From Auanema rhodensis (Eukaryota > Animalia > Nematoda), in contig OZ059896.1 of the NCBI GenBank assembly GCA_964057225.1, positions 5,704,001-5,768,000 on the forward strand: DNA of 64,000 nt, read 5' to 3'. Below, piece by piece: positions 1 to 14,200 of the stretch; within the stretch, counting starts at the first letter, position 1, and each line of letters begins with the position of its first letter. A program made the position numbers and the translations under genes. Under the pieces are notes generated by a model. The model had not been told where the DNA came from. It did not search any database and saw only the letters and a list, made by a program, of their open reading frames with translations.

Positions 1-702
1 ATGTACACTCAAAATTGCTTCCAAAAACATTTTGACAAAAATTTTTTCCAAAAATTTCAGAATAATTTAGCAAAAAGTAGATGTTTTTAGATTCCTTTTT
101 TCAAGGCAAAAACGATGGACAATGTTATTCAACGAAAAAATTAATTCTTCAGGGTGAAAATCGAGGATATAAGTGTGAACTTATATCAGTTGATATCTCG
201 GTGCATTTTCAAGCTAGCGCAAATCTGATAGTACAGATCGACGCAGCTTAAAAATCCGCATCGAATGCACTATACTACATTGAGAAACGCTTAATACAAA
301 AATTAGTCATGATCGTTTGAAAAATGATGCATTAGTGTATGTTGAGTTTCCATGTACACTCAAAATTGCTTCCAAAAACATTTTGACAAAAATTTTTTCG
401 AAAAATTTCAAGATAATTTAGCAAAAAGTAGATGTTTTTAGATTCCTTTTTTCAAGGCAAAAACGATGGACAATGTTATTCAACGAAAAAATTAATTCTT
501 CAGGGTGAAAATCGAGGATATAGGTGTGAACTTATATCAGTTGATATCTCGGTGCATTTTTAAGCTAGCGCAAATCTGATAACACAGATCTACGCAGCTT
601 AAAAATCCGCATCGAATGCACTAAACTACATTGAGAAAAGCTTAATACAAAAATTAGTTATGATCGTTTGAAAAATGATGCATTAGTGTATGTTGAGTTT
701 CC

Positions 703-3700
703 ATGTACACTCAAAATTGCTTCCAAAAACATTTTGACAAAACTTTTTTCGAAAAATTTCAAAATAATTTAGCAAAAAGTAGATGTTTTTAGATTCCTTT
801 TTTCAAGGCAAAAACGATGGACAATGTTATTCAACGAAAAAATTAATTCTTCAGGGTGAAAATCGAGGATATAGGTGTGAACTTATATCAGTTGATATCT
901 CGGTGCATTTTCAAGCTAGCGCAAATCTGATAGTACAGATCGACGCAGCTTAAAAATCCGCATCGAATGCACTATACTACATTGAGAAACGCTTAATACA
1001 AAAATTAGTTATGATCGTTTGAAAAATGATGCATTAGTGTATGTTGAGTTTCCATGTACACTCAAAATTGCTTCCAAAAACATTTTGACAAAAATTTTTT
1101 CGAAAAATTTCAAGATAATTTAGCAAAAAGTAGATGTTTTTAGATTCCTTTTTTCAAGGCAAAAACGATGGACAATGTTATTCAACGAAAAAATTAATTC
1201 TTCAGGGTGAAAATCGAGGATATAAGTGTGAACTTATATCAGTTGATATCTCGGTGCATTTTTAAGCTAGCGCAAATCTGATAACACAGATCTACGCAGC
1301 CTAAAAATCCGCATCGAATGCACTATACTACATGGAGAAACGCTCAATACAAAAATTAGTTATGATCGTTTGAAAAATGATGCATTAGTGTATGTTGAGT
1401 TTCCATGTACACTCAACATTGCTTCCAAAAACATTTTGACAAAAATTTTCCCGAAAAATTTCAAAATAATTTAGCAAAAAGTAGATGTTTTTAGATTCCT
1501 TTTTTCAAGGCAAAAACGATGGACAATGTTATTCAACGAAAAAATTAATTCTTCAGGGTGAAAATCGAGGATATAAGTGTGAACTTATATCAGTTGATAT
1601 CTCGGTGCATTTTTAAGCTAGCGCAAATCTGATAACACAGATCTACGCAGCCTAAAAATCCGCATCGAATGCACTATACTACATGGAGAAACGCTCAATA
1701 CAAAAATTAGTTATGATCGTTTGAAAAATGATGCATTAGTGTATGTTGAGTTTCCATGTACACTCAAAATTGCTTCCAAAAACATTTTGACAAAAATTTT
1801 TTCCAAAAATTTCAAAATAATTTAGCAAAAAGTAGATGTTTTTAGATTGCTTTTTTCAAGGCAAAAACGATGGACAATGTAATTCAACGAAAAAATTAAT
1901 TCTTCAGGGTGAAAATCGAAGATATAGGTGTGAACATATATCAGTTGATATCTCGGTGCATTTTCAAGCTAGCGCAAATCTGATAGTACAGATCGACGCA
2001 GCTTAAAAATCCGCATCGAATGCACTATACTACATTGAGAAACGCTTAGTACAAAAATTAGTTATGATCGTTTGAAAAATGATGCATTAGTGTATGTTGA
2101 GTTTCCATGTACACTCAAAATTGCTTCCAAAAACATTTTGACAAAAATTTTTTCGAAAAATTTCAAGATAATTTAGCAAAAAGTAGATGTTTTTAGATTC
2201 CTTTTTTCAAGGCAAAAACGATGGACAATGTTATTCAACGAAAAAATTAATTCTTCAGGGTGAAAATCGAGGATATAAGTGTGAACATATATCAGTTGAT
2301 ATCTCGGTGCATTTTTAAGCTAGCGCAAATCTGATAACACAGATCGACGCAGCTTAAAAATCCGCATCGAATGCACTAAACTACATTGAGAAAAGCTTAA
2401 TACAAAAATTAGTTATGATCGTTTGAAAAATGATGCATTAGTGTATGTTGAGTTTCCATGTACACTCAAAATTGCTTCCAAAAACATTTTGACAAAACTT
2501 TTTTCGAAAAATTTCAAAATAATTTAGCAAAAAGTAGATGTTTTTAGATTCCTTTTTTCAAGGCAAAAACGATGGACAATGTTATTCAACGAAAAAATTA
2601 ATTCTTCAGGGTGAAAATCGAGGATATAGGTGTGAACTTATATCAGTTGATATCTCGGTGCATTTTCAAGCTAGCGCAAATCTGATAGTACAGATCGACG
2701 CAGCTTAAAAATCCGCATCGAATGCACTATACTACATTGAGAAACGCTTAATACAAAAATTAGTTATGATCGTTTGAAAAATGATGCATTAGTGTATGTT
2801 GAGTTTCCATGTACACTCAAAATTGCTTCCAAAAACATTTTGACAAAAATTTTTTCGAAAAATTTCAAGATAATTTAGCAAAAAGTAGATGTTTTTAGAT
2901 TCCTTTTTTCAAGGCAAAAACGATGGACAATGTTATTCAACGAAAAAATTAATTCTTCAGGGTGAAAATCGAGGATATAAGTGTGAACTTATATCAGTTG
3001 ATATCTCGGTGCATTTTTAAGCTAGCGCAAATCTGATAACACAGATCTACGCAGCCTAAAAATCCGCATCGAATGCACTATACTACATGGAGAAACGCTC
3101 AATACAAAAATTAGTTATGATCGTTTGAAAAATGATGCATTAGTGTATGTTGAGTTTCCATGTACACTCAACATTGCTTCCAAAAACATTTTGACAAAAA
3201 TTTTCCCGAAAAATTTCAAAATAATTTAGCAAAAAGTAGATGTTTTTAGATTCCTTTTTTCAAGGCAAAAACGATGGACAATGTTATTCAACGAAAAAAT
3301 TAATTCTTCAGGGTGAAAATCGAGGATATAAGTGTGAACTTATATCAGTTGATATCTCGGTGCATTTTTAAGCTAGCGCAAATCTGATAACACAGATCTA
3401 CGCAGCCTAAAAATCCGCATCGAATGCACTATACTACATGGAGAAACGCTCAATACAAAAATTAGTTATGATCGTTTGAAAAATGATGCATTAGTGTATG
3501 TTGAGTTTCCATGTACACTCAAAATTGCTTCCAAAAACATTTTGACAAAAATTTTTTCCAAAAATTTCAAAATAATTTAGCAAAAAGTAGATGTTTTTAG
3601 ATTGCTTTTTTCAAGGCAAAAACGATGGACAATGTAATTCAACGAAAAAATTAATTCTTCAGGGTGAAAATCGAAGATATAGGTGTGAACATATATCAGT

Positions 3701-5265
3701 TGATATCTCGGTGCATTTTCAAGCTAGCGCAAATCTGATAGTACAGATCGACGCAGCTTAAAAATCCGCATCGAATGCACTATACTACATTGAGAAACGC
3801 TTAGTACAAAAATTAGTTATGATCGTTTGAAAAATGATGCATTAGTGTATGTTGAGTTTCCATGTACACTCAAAATTGCTTCCAAAAACATTTTGACAAA
3901 AATTTTTTCGAAAAATTTCAAGATAATTTAGCAAAAAGTAGATGTTTTTAGATTCCTTTTTTCAAGGCAAAAACGATGGACAATGTTATTCAACGAAAAA
4001 ATTAATTCTTCAGGGTGAAAATCGAGGATATAAGTGTGAACATATATCAGTTGATATCTCGGTGCATTTTTAAGCTAGCGCAAATCTGATAACACAGATC
4101 GACGCAGCTTAAAAATCCGCATCGAATGCACTAAACTACATTGAGAAAAGCTTAATACAAAAATTAGTTATGATCGTTTGAAAAATGATGCATTAGTGTA
4201 TGTTGAGTTTCCATGTACACTCAAAATTGCTTCCAAAAACATTTTGACAAAACTTTTTTCGAAAAATTTCAAAATAATTTAGCAAAAAGTAGATGTTTTT
4301 AGATTCCTTTTTTCAAGGCAAAAACGATGGACAATGTTATTCAACGAAAAAATTAATTCTTCAGGGTGAAAATCGAGGATATAGGTGTGAACTTATATCA
4401 GTTGATATCTCGGTGCATTTTCAAGCTAGCGCAAATCTGATAGCACAGATCGACGCAGCTTAAAAATCCGCATCGAATGCACTATACTACATTGAGAAAC
4501 GCTTAATACAAAAATTAGTTATGATCGTTTGAAAAATGATGCATTAGTGTATGTTGAGTTTCCATGTACACTCAAAATTGCTTCCAAAAACATTTTGACA
4601 AAAATTTTTTCGAAAAATTTCAAGATAATTTAGCAAAAAGTAGATGTTTTTAGATTCCTTTTTTCAAGGCAAAAACGATGGACAATGTTATTCAACGAAA
4701 AAATTAATTCTTCAGGGTGAAAATCGAGGATATAAGTGTGAACTTATATCAGTTGATATCTCGGTGCATTTTTAAGCTAGCGCAAATCTGATAACACAGA
4801 TCTACGCAGCCTAAAAATCCGCATCGAATGCACTATACTACATGGAGAAACGCTCAATACAAAAATTAGTTATGATCGTTTGAAAAATGATGCATTAGTG
4901 TATGTTGAGTTTCCATGTACACTCAACATTGCTTCCAAAAACATTTTGACAAAAATTTTCCCGAAAAATTTCAAAATAATTTAGCAAAAAGTAGATGTTT
5001 TTAGATTCCTTTTTTCAAGGCAAAAACGATGGACAATGTTATTCAACGAAAAAATTAATTCTTCAGGGTGAAAATCGAGGATATAAGTGTGAACTTATAT
5101 CAGTTGATATCTCGGTGCATTTTTAAGCTAGCGCAAATCTGATAACACAGATCTACGCAGCCTAAAAATCCGCATCGAATGCACTATACTACATTGAGAA
5201 ACGCTTAGTACAAAAATTAGTTATGATCGTTTGAAAAATGATGCATTAGTGTATGTTGAGTTTCC
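703..5265 (+). repeat. Local 5-monomer higher-order repeat (1755 bp) in satellite A, about 2.6 copies
   Basis: The rare allele TTTTCCCGAA occurs at 1450, 3205 and 4960, and TCGAAGAT at 1920 and 3675. Both are spaced 1755 = 5x351. Confidence 0.85.
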
Positions 5266-8200
5266 ATGTACACTCAAAATTGCTTCCAAAAACATTTTGA
5301 CAAAAATTTTTTCGAAAAATTTCAAGATAATTTAGCAAAAAGTAGATGTTTTTAGATTCCTTTTTTCAAGGCAAAAACGATGGACAATGTTATTCAACGA
5401 AAAAATTAATTCTTCAGGGTGAAAATCGAGGATATAAGTGTGAACATATATCAGTTGATATCTCGGTGCATTTTTAAGCTAGCGCAAATCTGATAACACA
5501 GATCGACGCAGCTTAAAAATCCGCATCGAATGCACTAAACTACATTGAGAAAAGCTTAATACAAAAATTAGTTATGATCGTTTGAAAAATGATGCATTAG
5601 TGTATGTTGAGTTTCCATGTACACTCAAAATTGCTTCCAAAAACATTTTGACAAAAATTTTTTCGAAAAATTTCAAAATAATTTAGCAAAAAGTAGATGT
5701 TTTTAGATTCCTTTTTTCAAGGCAAAAACGATGGACAATGTTATTCAACGAAAAAATTAATTCTTCAGGGTGAAAATCGAGGATATAGGTGTGAACTTAT
5801 ATCAGTTGATATCTCGGTGCATTTTCAAGCTAGCGCAAATCTGATAGTACAGATCGACGCAGCTTAAAAATCCGCATCGAATGCACTATACTACATTGAG
5901 AAACGCTTAATACAAAAATTAGTTATGATCGTTTGAAAAATGATGCATTAGTGTATGTTGAGTTTCCATGTACACTCAAAATTGCTTCCAAAAACATTTT
6001 GACAAAAATTTTTTCGAAAAATTTCAAGATAATTTAGCAAAAAGTAGATGTTTTTAGATTCCTTTTTTCAAGGCAAAAACGATGGACAATGTTATTCAAC
6101 GAAAAAATTAATTCTTCAGGGTGAAAATCGAGGATATAAGTGTGAACTTATATCAGTTGATATCTCGGTGCATTTTTAAGCTAGCGCAAATCTGATAACA
6201 CAGATCTACGCAGCCTAAAAATCCGCATCGAATGCACTATACTACATGGAGAAACGCTTAATACAAAAATTAGTTATGATCGTTTGAAAAATGATGCACT
6301 AGTGTATGTTGAGTTTCCATGTACACTCAAAATTGCTTCCAAAAACATTTTGACAAAAATTTTTTCCAAAAATTTCAAAATAATTTAGCAAAAAGTAGAT
6401 GTTTTTAGATTGCTTTTTTCAAGGCAAAAACGATGGACAATGTAATTCAACGAAAAAATTAATTCTTCAGGGTGAAAATCGAGGATATAAGTGTGAACTT
6501 ATATCAGTTGATATCTCGGTGCATTTTCAAGCTAGCGCAAATCTGATAGTACAGATCGACGCAGCTTAAAAATCCGCATCGAATGCACTATACTACATTG
6601 AGAAACGCTTAGTACAAAAATTAGTTATGATCGTTTGAAAAATGATGCATTAGTGTATGTTGAGTTTCCATGTACACTCAAAATTGCTTCCAAAAACATT
6701 TTGACAAAAATTTTTTCGAAAAATTTCAAGATAATTTAGCAAAAAGTAGATGTTTTTAGATTCCTTTTTTCAAGGCAAAAACGATGGACAATGTTATTCA
6801 ACGAAAAAATTAATTCTTCAGGGTGAAAATCGAGGATATAAGTGTGAACATATATCAGTTGATATCTCGGTGCATTTTTAAGCTAGCGCAAATCTGATAA
6901 CACAGATCGACGCAGCTTAAAAATCCGCATCGAATGCACTAAACTACATTGAGAAACGCTTAATACAAAAATTAGTTATGATCGTTTGAAAAATGATGCA
7001 TTAGTGTATGTTGAGTTTCCATGTACACTCAAAATTGCTTCCAAAAACATTTTGACAAAACTTTTTTCGAAAAATTTCAAGATAATTTAGCAAAAAGTAG
7101 ATGTTTTTAGATTCCTTTTTTCAAGGCAAAAACGATGGACAATGTTATTCAACGAAAAAATTAATTCTTCAGGGTGAAAATCGAGGATATAAGTGTGAAC
7201 TTATATCAGTTGATATCTCGGTGCATTTTTAAGCTAGCGCAAATCTGATAACACAGATCTACGCAGCCTAAAAATCCGCATCGAATGCACTATACTACAT
7301 GGAGAAACGCTCAATACAAAAATTAGTTATGATCGTTTGAAAAATGATGCACTAGTGTATGTTGAGTTTCCATGTACACTCAAAATTGCTTCCAAAAACA
7401 TTTTGACAAAAATTTTTTCCAAAAATTTCAAAATAATTTAGCAAAAAGTAGATGTTTTTAGATTGCTTTTTTCAAGGCAAAAACGATGGACAATGTAATT
7501 CAACGAAAAAATTAATTCTTCAGGGTGAAAATCGAGGATATAAGTGTGAACTTATATCAGTTGATATCTCGGTGCATTTTCAAGCTAGCGCAAATCTGAT
7601 AGTACAGATCGACGCAGCTTAAAAATCCGCATCGAATGCACTATACTACATTGAGAAACGCTTAGTACAAAAATTAGTTATGATCGTTTGAAAAATGATG
7701 CATTAGTGTATGTTGAGTTTCCATGTACACTCAAAATTGCTTCCAAAAACATTTTGACAAAAATTTTTTCGAAAAATTTCAAGATAATTTAGCAAAAAGT
7801 AGATGTTTTTAGATTCCTTTTTTCAAGGCAAAATCGATGGACAATGTTATTCAACGAAAAAATTAATTCTTCAGGGTGAAAATCGAGGATATAAGTGTGA
7901 ACATATATCAGTTGATATCTCGGTGCATTTTTAAGCTAGCGCAAATCTGATAACACAGATCGACGCAGCTTAAAAATCCGCATCGAATGCACTAAACTAC
8001 ATTGAGAAAAGCTTAATACAAAAATTAGTTATGATCGTTTGAAAAATGATGCATTAGTGTATGTTGAGTTTCCATGTACACTCAAAATTGCTTCCAAAAA
8101 CATTTTGACAAAACTTTTTTCGAAAAATTTCAAAATAATTTAGCAAAAAGTAGATGTTTTTAGATTCCTTTTTTCAAGGCAAAAACGATGGACAATGTTA

Positions 8201-11200
8201 TTCAACGAAAAAATTAATTCTTCAGGGTGAAAATCGAGGATATAGGTGTGAACTTATATCAGTTGATATCTCGGTGCATTTTCAAGCTAGCGCAAATCTG
8301 ATAGTACAGATCGACGCAGCTTAAAAATCCGCATCGAATGCACTATACTACATTGAGAAACGCTTAATACAAAAATTAGTTATGATCGTTTGAAAAATGA
8401 TGCATTAGTGTATGTTGAGTTTCCATGTACACTCAAAATTGCTTCCAAAAACATTTTGACAAAAATTTTTTCGAAAAATTTCAAGATAATTTAGCAAAAA
8501 GTAGATGTTTTTAGATTCCTTTTTTCAAGGCAAAAACGATGGACAATGTTATTCAACGAAAAAATTAATTCTTCAGGGTGAAAATCGAGGATATAAGTGT
8601 GAACTTATATCAGTTGATATCTCGGTGCATTTTTAAGCTAGCGCAAATCTGATAACACAGATCTACGCAGCCTAAAAATCCGCATCGAATGCACTATACT
8701 ACATGGAGAAACGCTCAATACAAAAATTAGTTATGATCGTTTGAAAAATGATGCATTAGTGTATGTTGAGTTTCCATGTACACTCAAAATTGCTTCCAAA
8801 AACATTTTGACAAAAATTTTTTCCAAAAATTTCAAAATAATTTAGCAAAAAGTAGATGTTTTTAGATTGCTTTTTTCAAGGCAAAAACGATGGACAATGT
8901 AATTCAACGAAAAAATTAATTCTTCAGGGTGAAAATCGAGGATATAAGTGTGAACTTATATCAGTTGATATCTCGGTGCATTTTCAAGCTAGCGCAAATC
9001 TGATAGTACAGATCGACGCAGCTTAAAAATCCGCATCGAATGCACTATACTACATTGAGAAAAGCTTAATACAAAAATTAGTTATGATCGTTTGAAAAAT
9101 GATTCATTAGTGTATGTTGAGTTTCCATGTACACTCAAAATTGCTTCCAAAAACATTTTGACAAAAATTTTTTCCAAAAATTTCAAAATAATTTAGCAAA
9201 AAGTAGATGTTTTTAGATTGCTTTTTTCAAGGCAAAAACGATGGACAATGTAATTCAACGAAAAAATTAATTCTTCAGGGTGAAAATCGAGGATATAAGT
9301 GTGAACTTATATCAGTTGATATCTCGGTGCATTTTTAAGCTAGCGCAAATCTGATAACACAGATCGACGCAGCTTAAAAATCCGCATCGAATGCACTAAA
9401 CTACATTGAGAAAAGCTTAATACAAAAATTAGTTATGATCGTTTGAAAAATGATGCATTAGTGTATGTTGAGTTTCCATGTACACTCAAAATTGCTTCCA
9501 AAAACATTTTGACAAAAATTTTTTCGAAAAATTTCAAAATAATTTAGCAAAAAGTAGATGTTTTTAGATTCCTTTTTTCAAGGCAAAAACGATGGACAAT
9601 GTTATTCAACGAAAAAATTAATTCTTCAGGGTGAAAATCGAGGATATAGGTGTGAACTTATATCAGTTGATATCTCGGTGCATTTTCAAGCTAGCGCAAA
9701 TCTGATAGTACAGATCGACGCAGCTTAAAAATCCGCATCGAATGCACTATACTACATTGAGAAACGCTTAATACAAAAATTAGTTATGATCGTTTGAAAA
9801 ATGATGCATTAGTGTATGTTGAGTTTCCATGTACACTCAAAATTGCTTCCAAAAACATTTTGACAAAAATTTTTTCGAAAAATTTCAAGATAATTTAGCA
9901 AAAAGTAGATGTTTTTAGATTCCTTTTTTCAAGGCAAAAACGATGGACAATGTTATTCAACGAAAAAATTAATTCTTCAGGGTGAAAATCGAGGATATAA
10001 GTGTGAACTTATATCAGTTGATATCTCGGTGCATTTTCAAGCTAGCGCAAATCTGATAGTACAGATCGACGCAGCTTAAAAATCCGCATCGAATGCACTA
10101 TACTACATTGAGAAACGCTTAATACAAAAATTAGTTATGATCGTTTGAAAAATGATGCATTAGTGTATGTTGAGTTTCCATGTACACTCAAAATTGCTTC
10201 CAAAAACATTTTGACAAAAATTTTTTCGAAAAATTTCAAGATAATTTAGCAAAAAGTAGATGTTTTTAGATTCCTTTTTTCAAGGCAAAAACGATGGACA
10301 ATGTTATTCAACGAAAAAATTAATTCTTCAGGGTGAAAATCGAGGATATAAGTGTGAACTTATATCAGTTGATATCTCGGTGCATTTTTAAGCTAGCGCA
10401 AATCTGATAACACAGATCTACGCAGCCTAAAAATCCGCATCGAATGCACTATACTACATGGAGAAACGCTCAATACAAAAATTAGTTATGATCGTTTGAA
10501 AAATGATGCACTAGTGTATGTTGAGTTTCCATGTACACTCAAAATTGCTTCCAAAAACATTTTGACAAAAATTTTTTCCAAAAATTTCAAAATAATTTAG
10601 CAAAAAGTAGATGTTTTTAGATTGCTTTTTTCAAGGCAAAAACGATGGACAATGTAATTCAACGAAAAAATTAATTCTTCAGGGTGAAAATCGAGGATAT
10701 AAGTGTGAACTTATATCAGTTGATATCTCGGTGCATTTTCAAGCTAGCGCAAATCTGATAGTACAGATCGACGCAGCTTAAAAATCCGCATCGAATGCAC
10801 TATACTACATTGAGAAACGCTTAGTACAAAAATTAGTTATGATCGTTTGAAAAATGATGCATTAGTGTATGTTGAGTTTCCATGTACACTCAAAATTGCT
10901 TCCAAAAACATTTTGACAAAAATTTTTTCGAAAAATTTCAAGATAATTTAGCAAAAAGTAGATGTTTTTAGATTCCTTTTTTCAAGGCAAAAACGATGGA
11001 CAATGTTATTCAACGAAAAAATTAATTCTTCAGGGTGAAAATCGAGGATATAAGTGTGAACATATATCAGTTGATATCTCGGTGCATTTTTAAGCTAGCG
11101 CAAATCTGATAACACAGATCGACGCAGCTTAAAAATCCGCATCGAATGCACTAAACTACATTGAGAAACGCTTAATACAAAAATTAGTTATGATCGTTTG

Positions 11201-14200
11201 AAAAATGATGCATTAGTGTATGTTGAGTTTCCATGTACACTCAAAATTGCTTCCAAAAACATTTTGACAAAACTTTTTTCGAAAAATTTCAAGATAATTT
11301 AGCAAAAAGTAGATGTTTTTAGATTCCTTTTTTCAAGGCAAAAACGATGGACAATGTTATTCAACGAAAAAATTAATTCTTCAGGGTGAAAATCGAGGAT
11401 ATAAGTGTGAACTTATATCAGTTGATATCTCGGTGCATTTTTAAGCTAGCGCAAATCTGATAACACAGATCTACGCAGCCTAAAAATCCGCATCGAATGC
11501 ACTATACTACATGGAGAAACGCTCAATACAAAAATTAGTTATGATCGTTTGAAAAATGATGCACTAGTGTATGTTGAGTTTCCATGTACACTCAAAATTG
11601 CTTCCAAAAACATTTTGACAAAAATTTTTTCCAAAAATTTCAAAATAATTTAGCAAAAAGTAGATGTTTTTAGATTGCTTTTTTCAAGGCAAAAACGATG
11701 GACAATGTAATTCAACGAAAAAATTAATTCTTCAGGGTGAAAATCGAGGATATAAGTGTGAACTTATATCAGTTGATATCTCGGTGCATTTTCAAGCTAG
11801 CGCAAATCTGATAGTACAGATCGACGCAGCTTAAAAATCCGCATCGAATGCACTATACTACATTGAGAAACGCTTAGTACAAAAATTAGTTATGATCGTT
11901 TGAAAAATGATGCATTAGTGTATGTTGAGTTTCCATGTACACTCAAAATTGCTTCCAAAAACATTTTGACAAAAATTTTTTCGAAAAATTTCAAGATAAT
12001 TTAGCAAAAAGTAGATGTTTTTAGATTCCTTTTTTCAAGGCAAAATCGATGGACAATGTTATTCAACGAAAAAATTAATTCTTCAGGGTGAAAATCGAGG
12101 ATATAAGTGTGAACATATATCAGTTGATATCTCGGTGCATTTTTAAGCTAGCGCAAATCTGATAACACAGATCGACGCAGCTTAAAAATCCGCATCGAAT
12201 GCACTAAACTACATTGAGAAAAGCTTAATACAAAAATTAGTTATGATCGTTTGAAAAATGATGCATTAGTGTATGTTGAGTTTCCATGTACACTCAAAAT
12301 TGCTTCCAAAAACATTTTGACAAAACTTTTTTCGAAAAATTTCAAAATAATTTAGCAAAAAGTAGATGTTTTTAGATTCCTTTTTTCAAGGCAAAAACGA
12401 TGGACAATGTTATTCAACGAAAAAATTAATTCTTCAGGGTGAAAATCGAGGATATAGGTGTGAACTTATATCAGTTGATATCTCGGTGCATTTTCAAGCT
12501 AGCGCAAATCTGATAGTACAGATCGACGCAGCTTAAAAATCCGCATCGAATGCACTATACTACATTGAGAAACGCTTAATACAAAAATTAGTTATGATCG
12601 TTTGAAAAATGATGCATTAGTGTATGTTGAGTTTCCATGTACACTCAAAATTGCTTCCAAAAACATTTTGACAAAAATTTTTTCGAAAAATTTCAAGATA
12701 ATTTAGCAAAAAGTAGATGTTTTTAGATTCCTTTTTTCAAGGCAAAAACGATGGACAATGTTATTCAACGAAAAAATTAATTCTTCAGGGTGAAAATCGA
12801 GGATATAAGTGTGAACTTATATCAGTTGATATCTCGGTGCATTTTTAAGCTAGCGCAAATCTGATAACACAGATCTACGCAGCCTAAAAATCCGCATCGA
12901 ATGCACTATACTACATGGAGAAACGCTCAATACAAAAATTAGTTATGATCGTTTGAAAAATGATGCACTAGTGTATGTTGAGTTTCCATGTACACTCAAA
13001 ATTGCTTCCAAAAACATTTTGACAAAAATTTTTTCCAAAAATTTCAAAATAATTTAGCAAAAAGTAGATGTTTTTAGATTGCTTTTTTCAAGGCAAAAAC
13101 GATGGACAATGTAATTCAACGAAAAAATTAATTCTTCAGGGTGAAAATCGAGGATATAAGTGTGAACTTATATCAGTTGATATCTCGGTGCATTTTCAAG
13201 CTAGCGCAAATCTGATAGTACAGATCGACGCAGCTTAAAAATCCGCATCGAATGCACTAAACTACATTGAGAAAAGCTTAATACAAAAATTAGTTATGAT
13301 CGTTTGAAAAATGATGCATTAGTGTATGTTGAGTTTCCATGTACACTCAAAATTGCTTCCAAAAACATTTTGACAAAAATTTTTTCCAAAAATTTCAAAA
13401 TAATTTAGCAAAAAGTAGATGTTTTTAGATTGCTTTTTTCAAGGCAAAAACGATGGACAATGTAATTCAACGAAAAAATTAATTCTTCAGGGTGAAAATC
13501 GAGGATATAAGTGTGAACTTATATCAGTTGATATCTCGGTGCATTTTCAAGCTAGCGCAAATCTGATAGTACAGATCGACGCAGCTTAAAAATCCGCATC
13601 GAATGCACTATACTACATTGAGAAACGCTCAATACAAAAATTAGTTATGATCGTTTGAAAAATGATGCACTAGTGTATGTTGAGTTTCCATGTACACTCA
13701 AAATTGCTTCCAAAAACATTTTGATAAAAATTTTTTCCAAAAATTTCAAGATAATTTAGCAAAAAGTAGATGTTTTTAGATTCCTTTTTTCAAGGCAAAA
13801 ACGATGGACAATGTTATTCAACGAAAAAATTAATTCTTCAGGGTGAAAATCGAGGATATAAGTGTGAACATATATCAGTTGATATCTCGGTGCATTTTTA
13901 AGCTAGCGCAAATCTGATAACACAGATCGACGCAGCTTAAAAATCCGCATCGAATGCACTAAACTACATTGAGAAACGCTTAATACAAAAATTAGTTATG
14001 ATCGTTTGAAAAATGATGCATTAGTGTATGTTGAGTTTCCATGTACACTCAAAATTGCTTCCAAAAACATTTTGACAAAACTTTTTTCGAAAAATTTCAA
14101 AATAATTTAGCAAAAAGTAGATGTTTTTAGATTCCTTTTTTCAAGGCAAAAACGATGGACAATGTTATTCAACGAAAAAATTAATTCTTCAGGGTGAAAA

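Noticed and set aside
396-412. CENP-B box
   Set aside because: TTCGAAAAA fits the first half of TTCGNNNNANNCGGG, but the CGGG half is absent.
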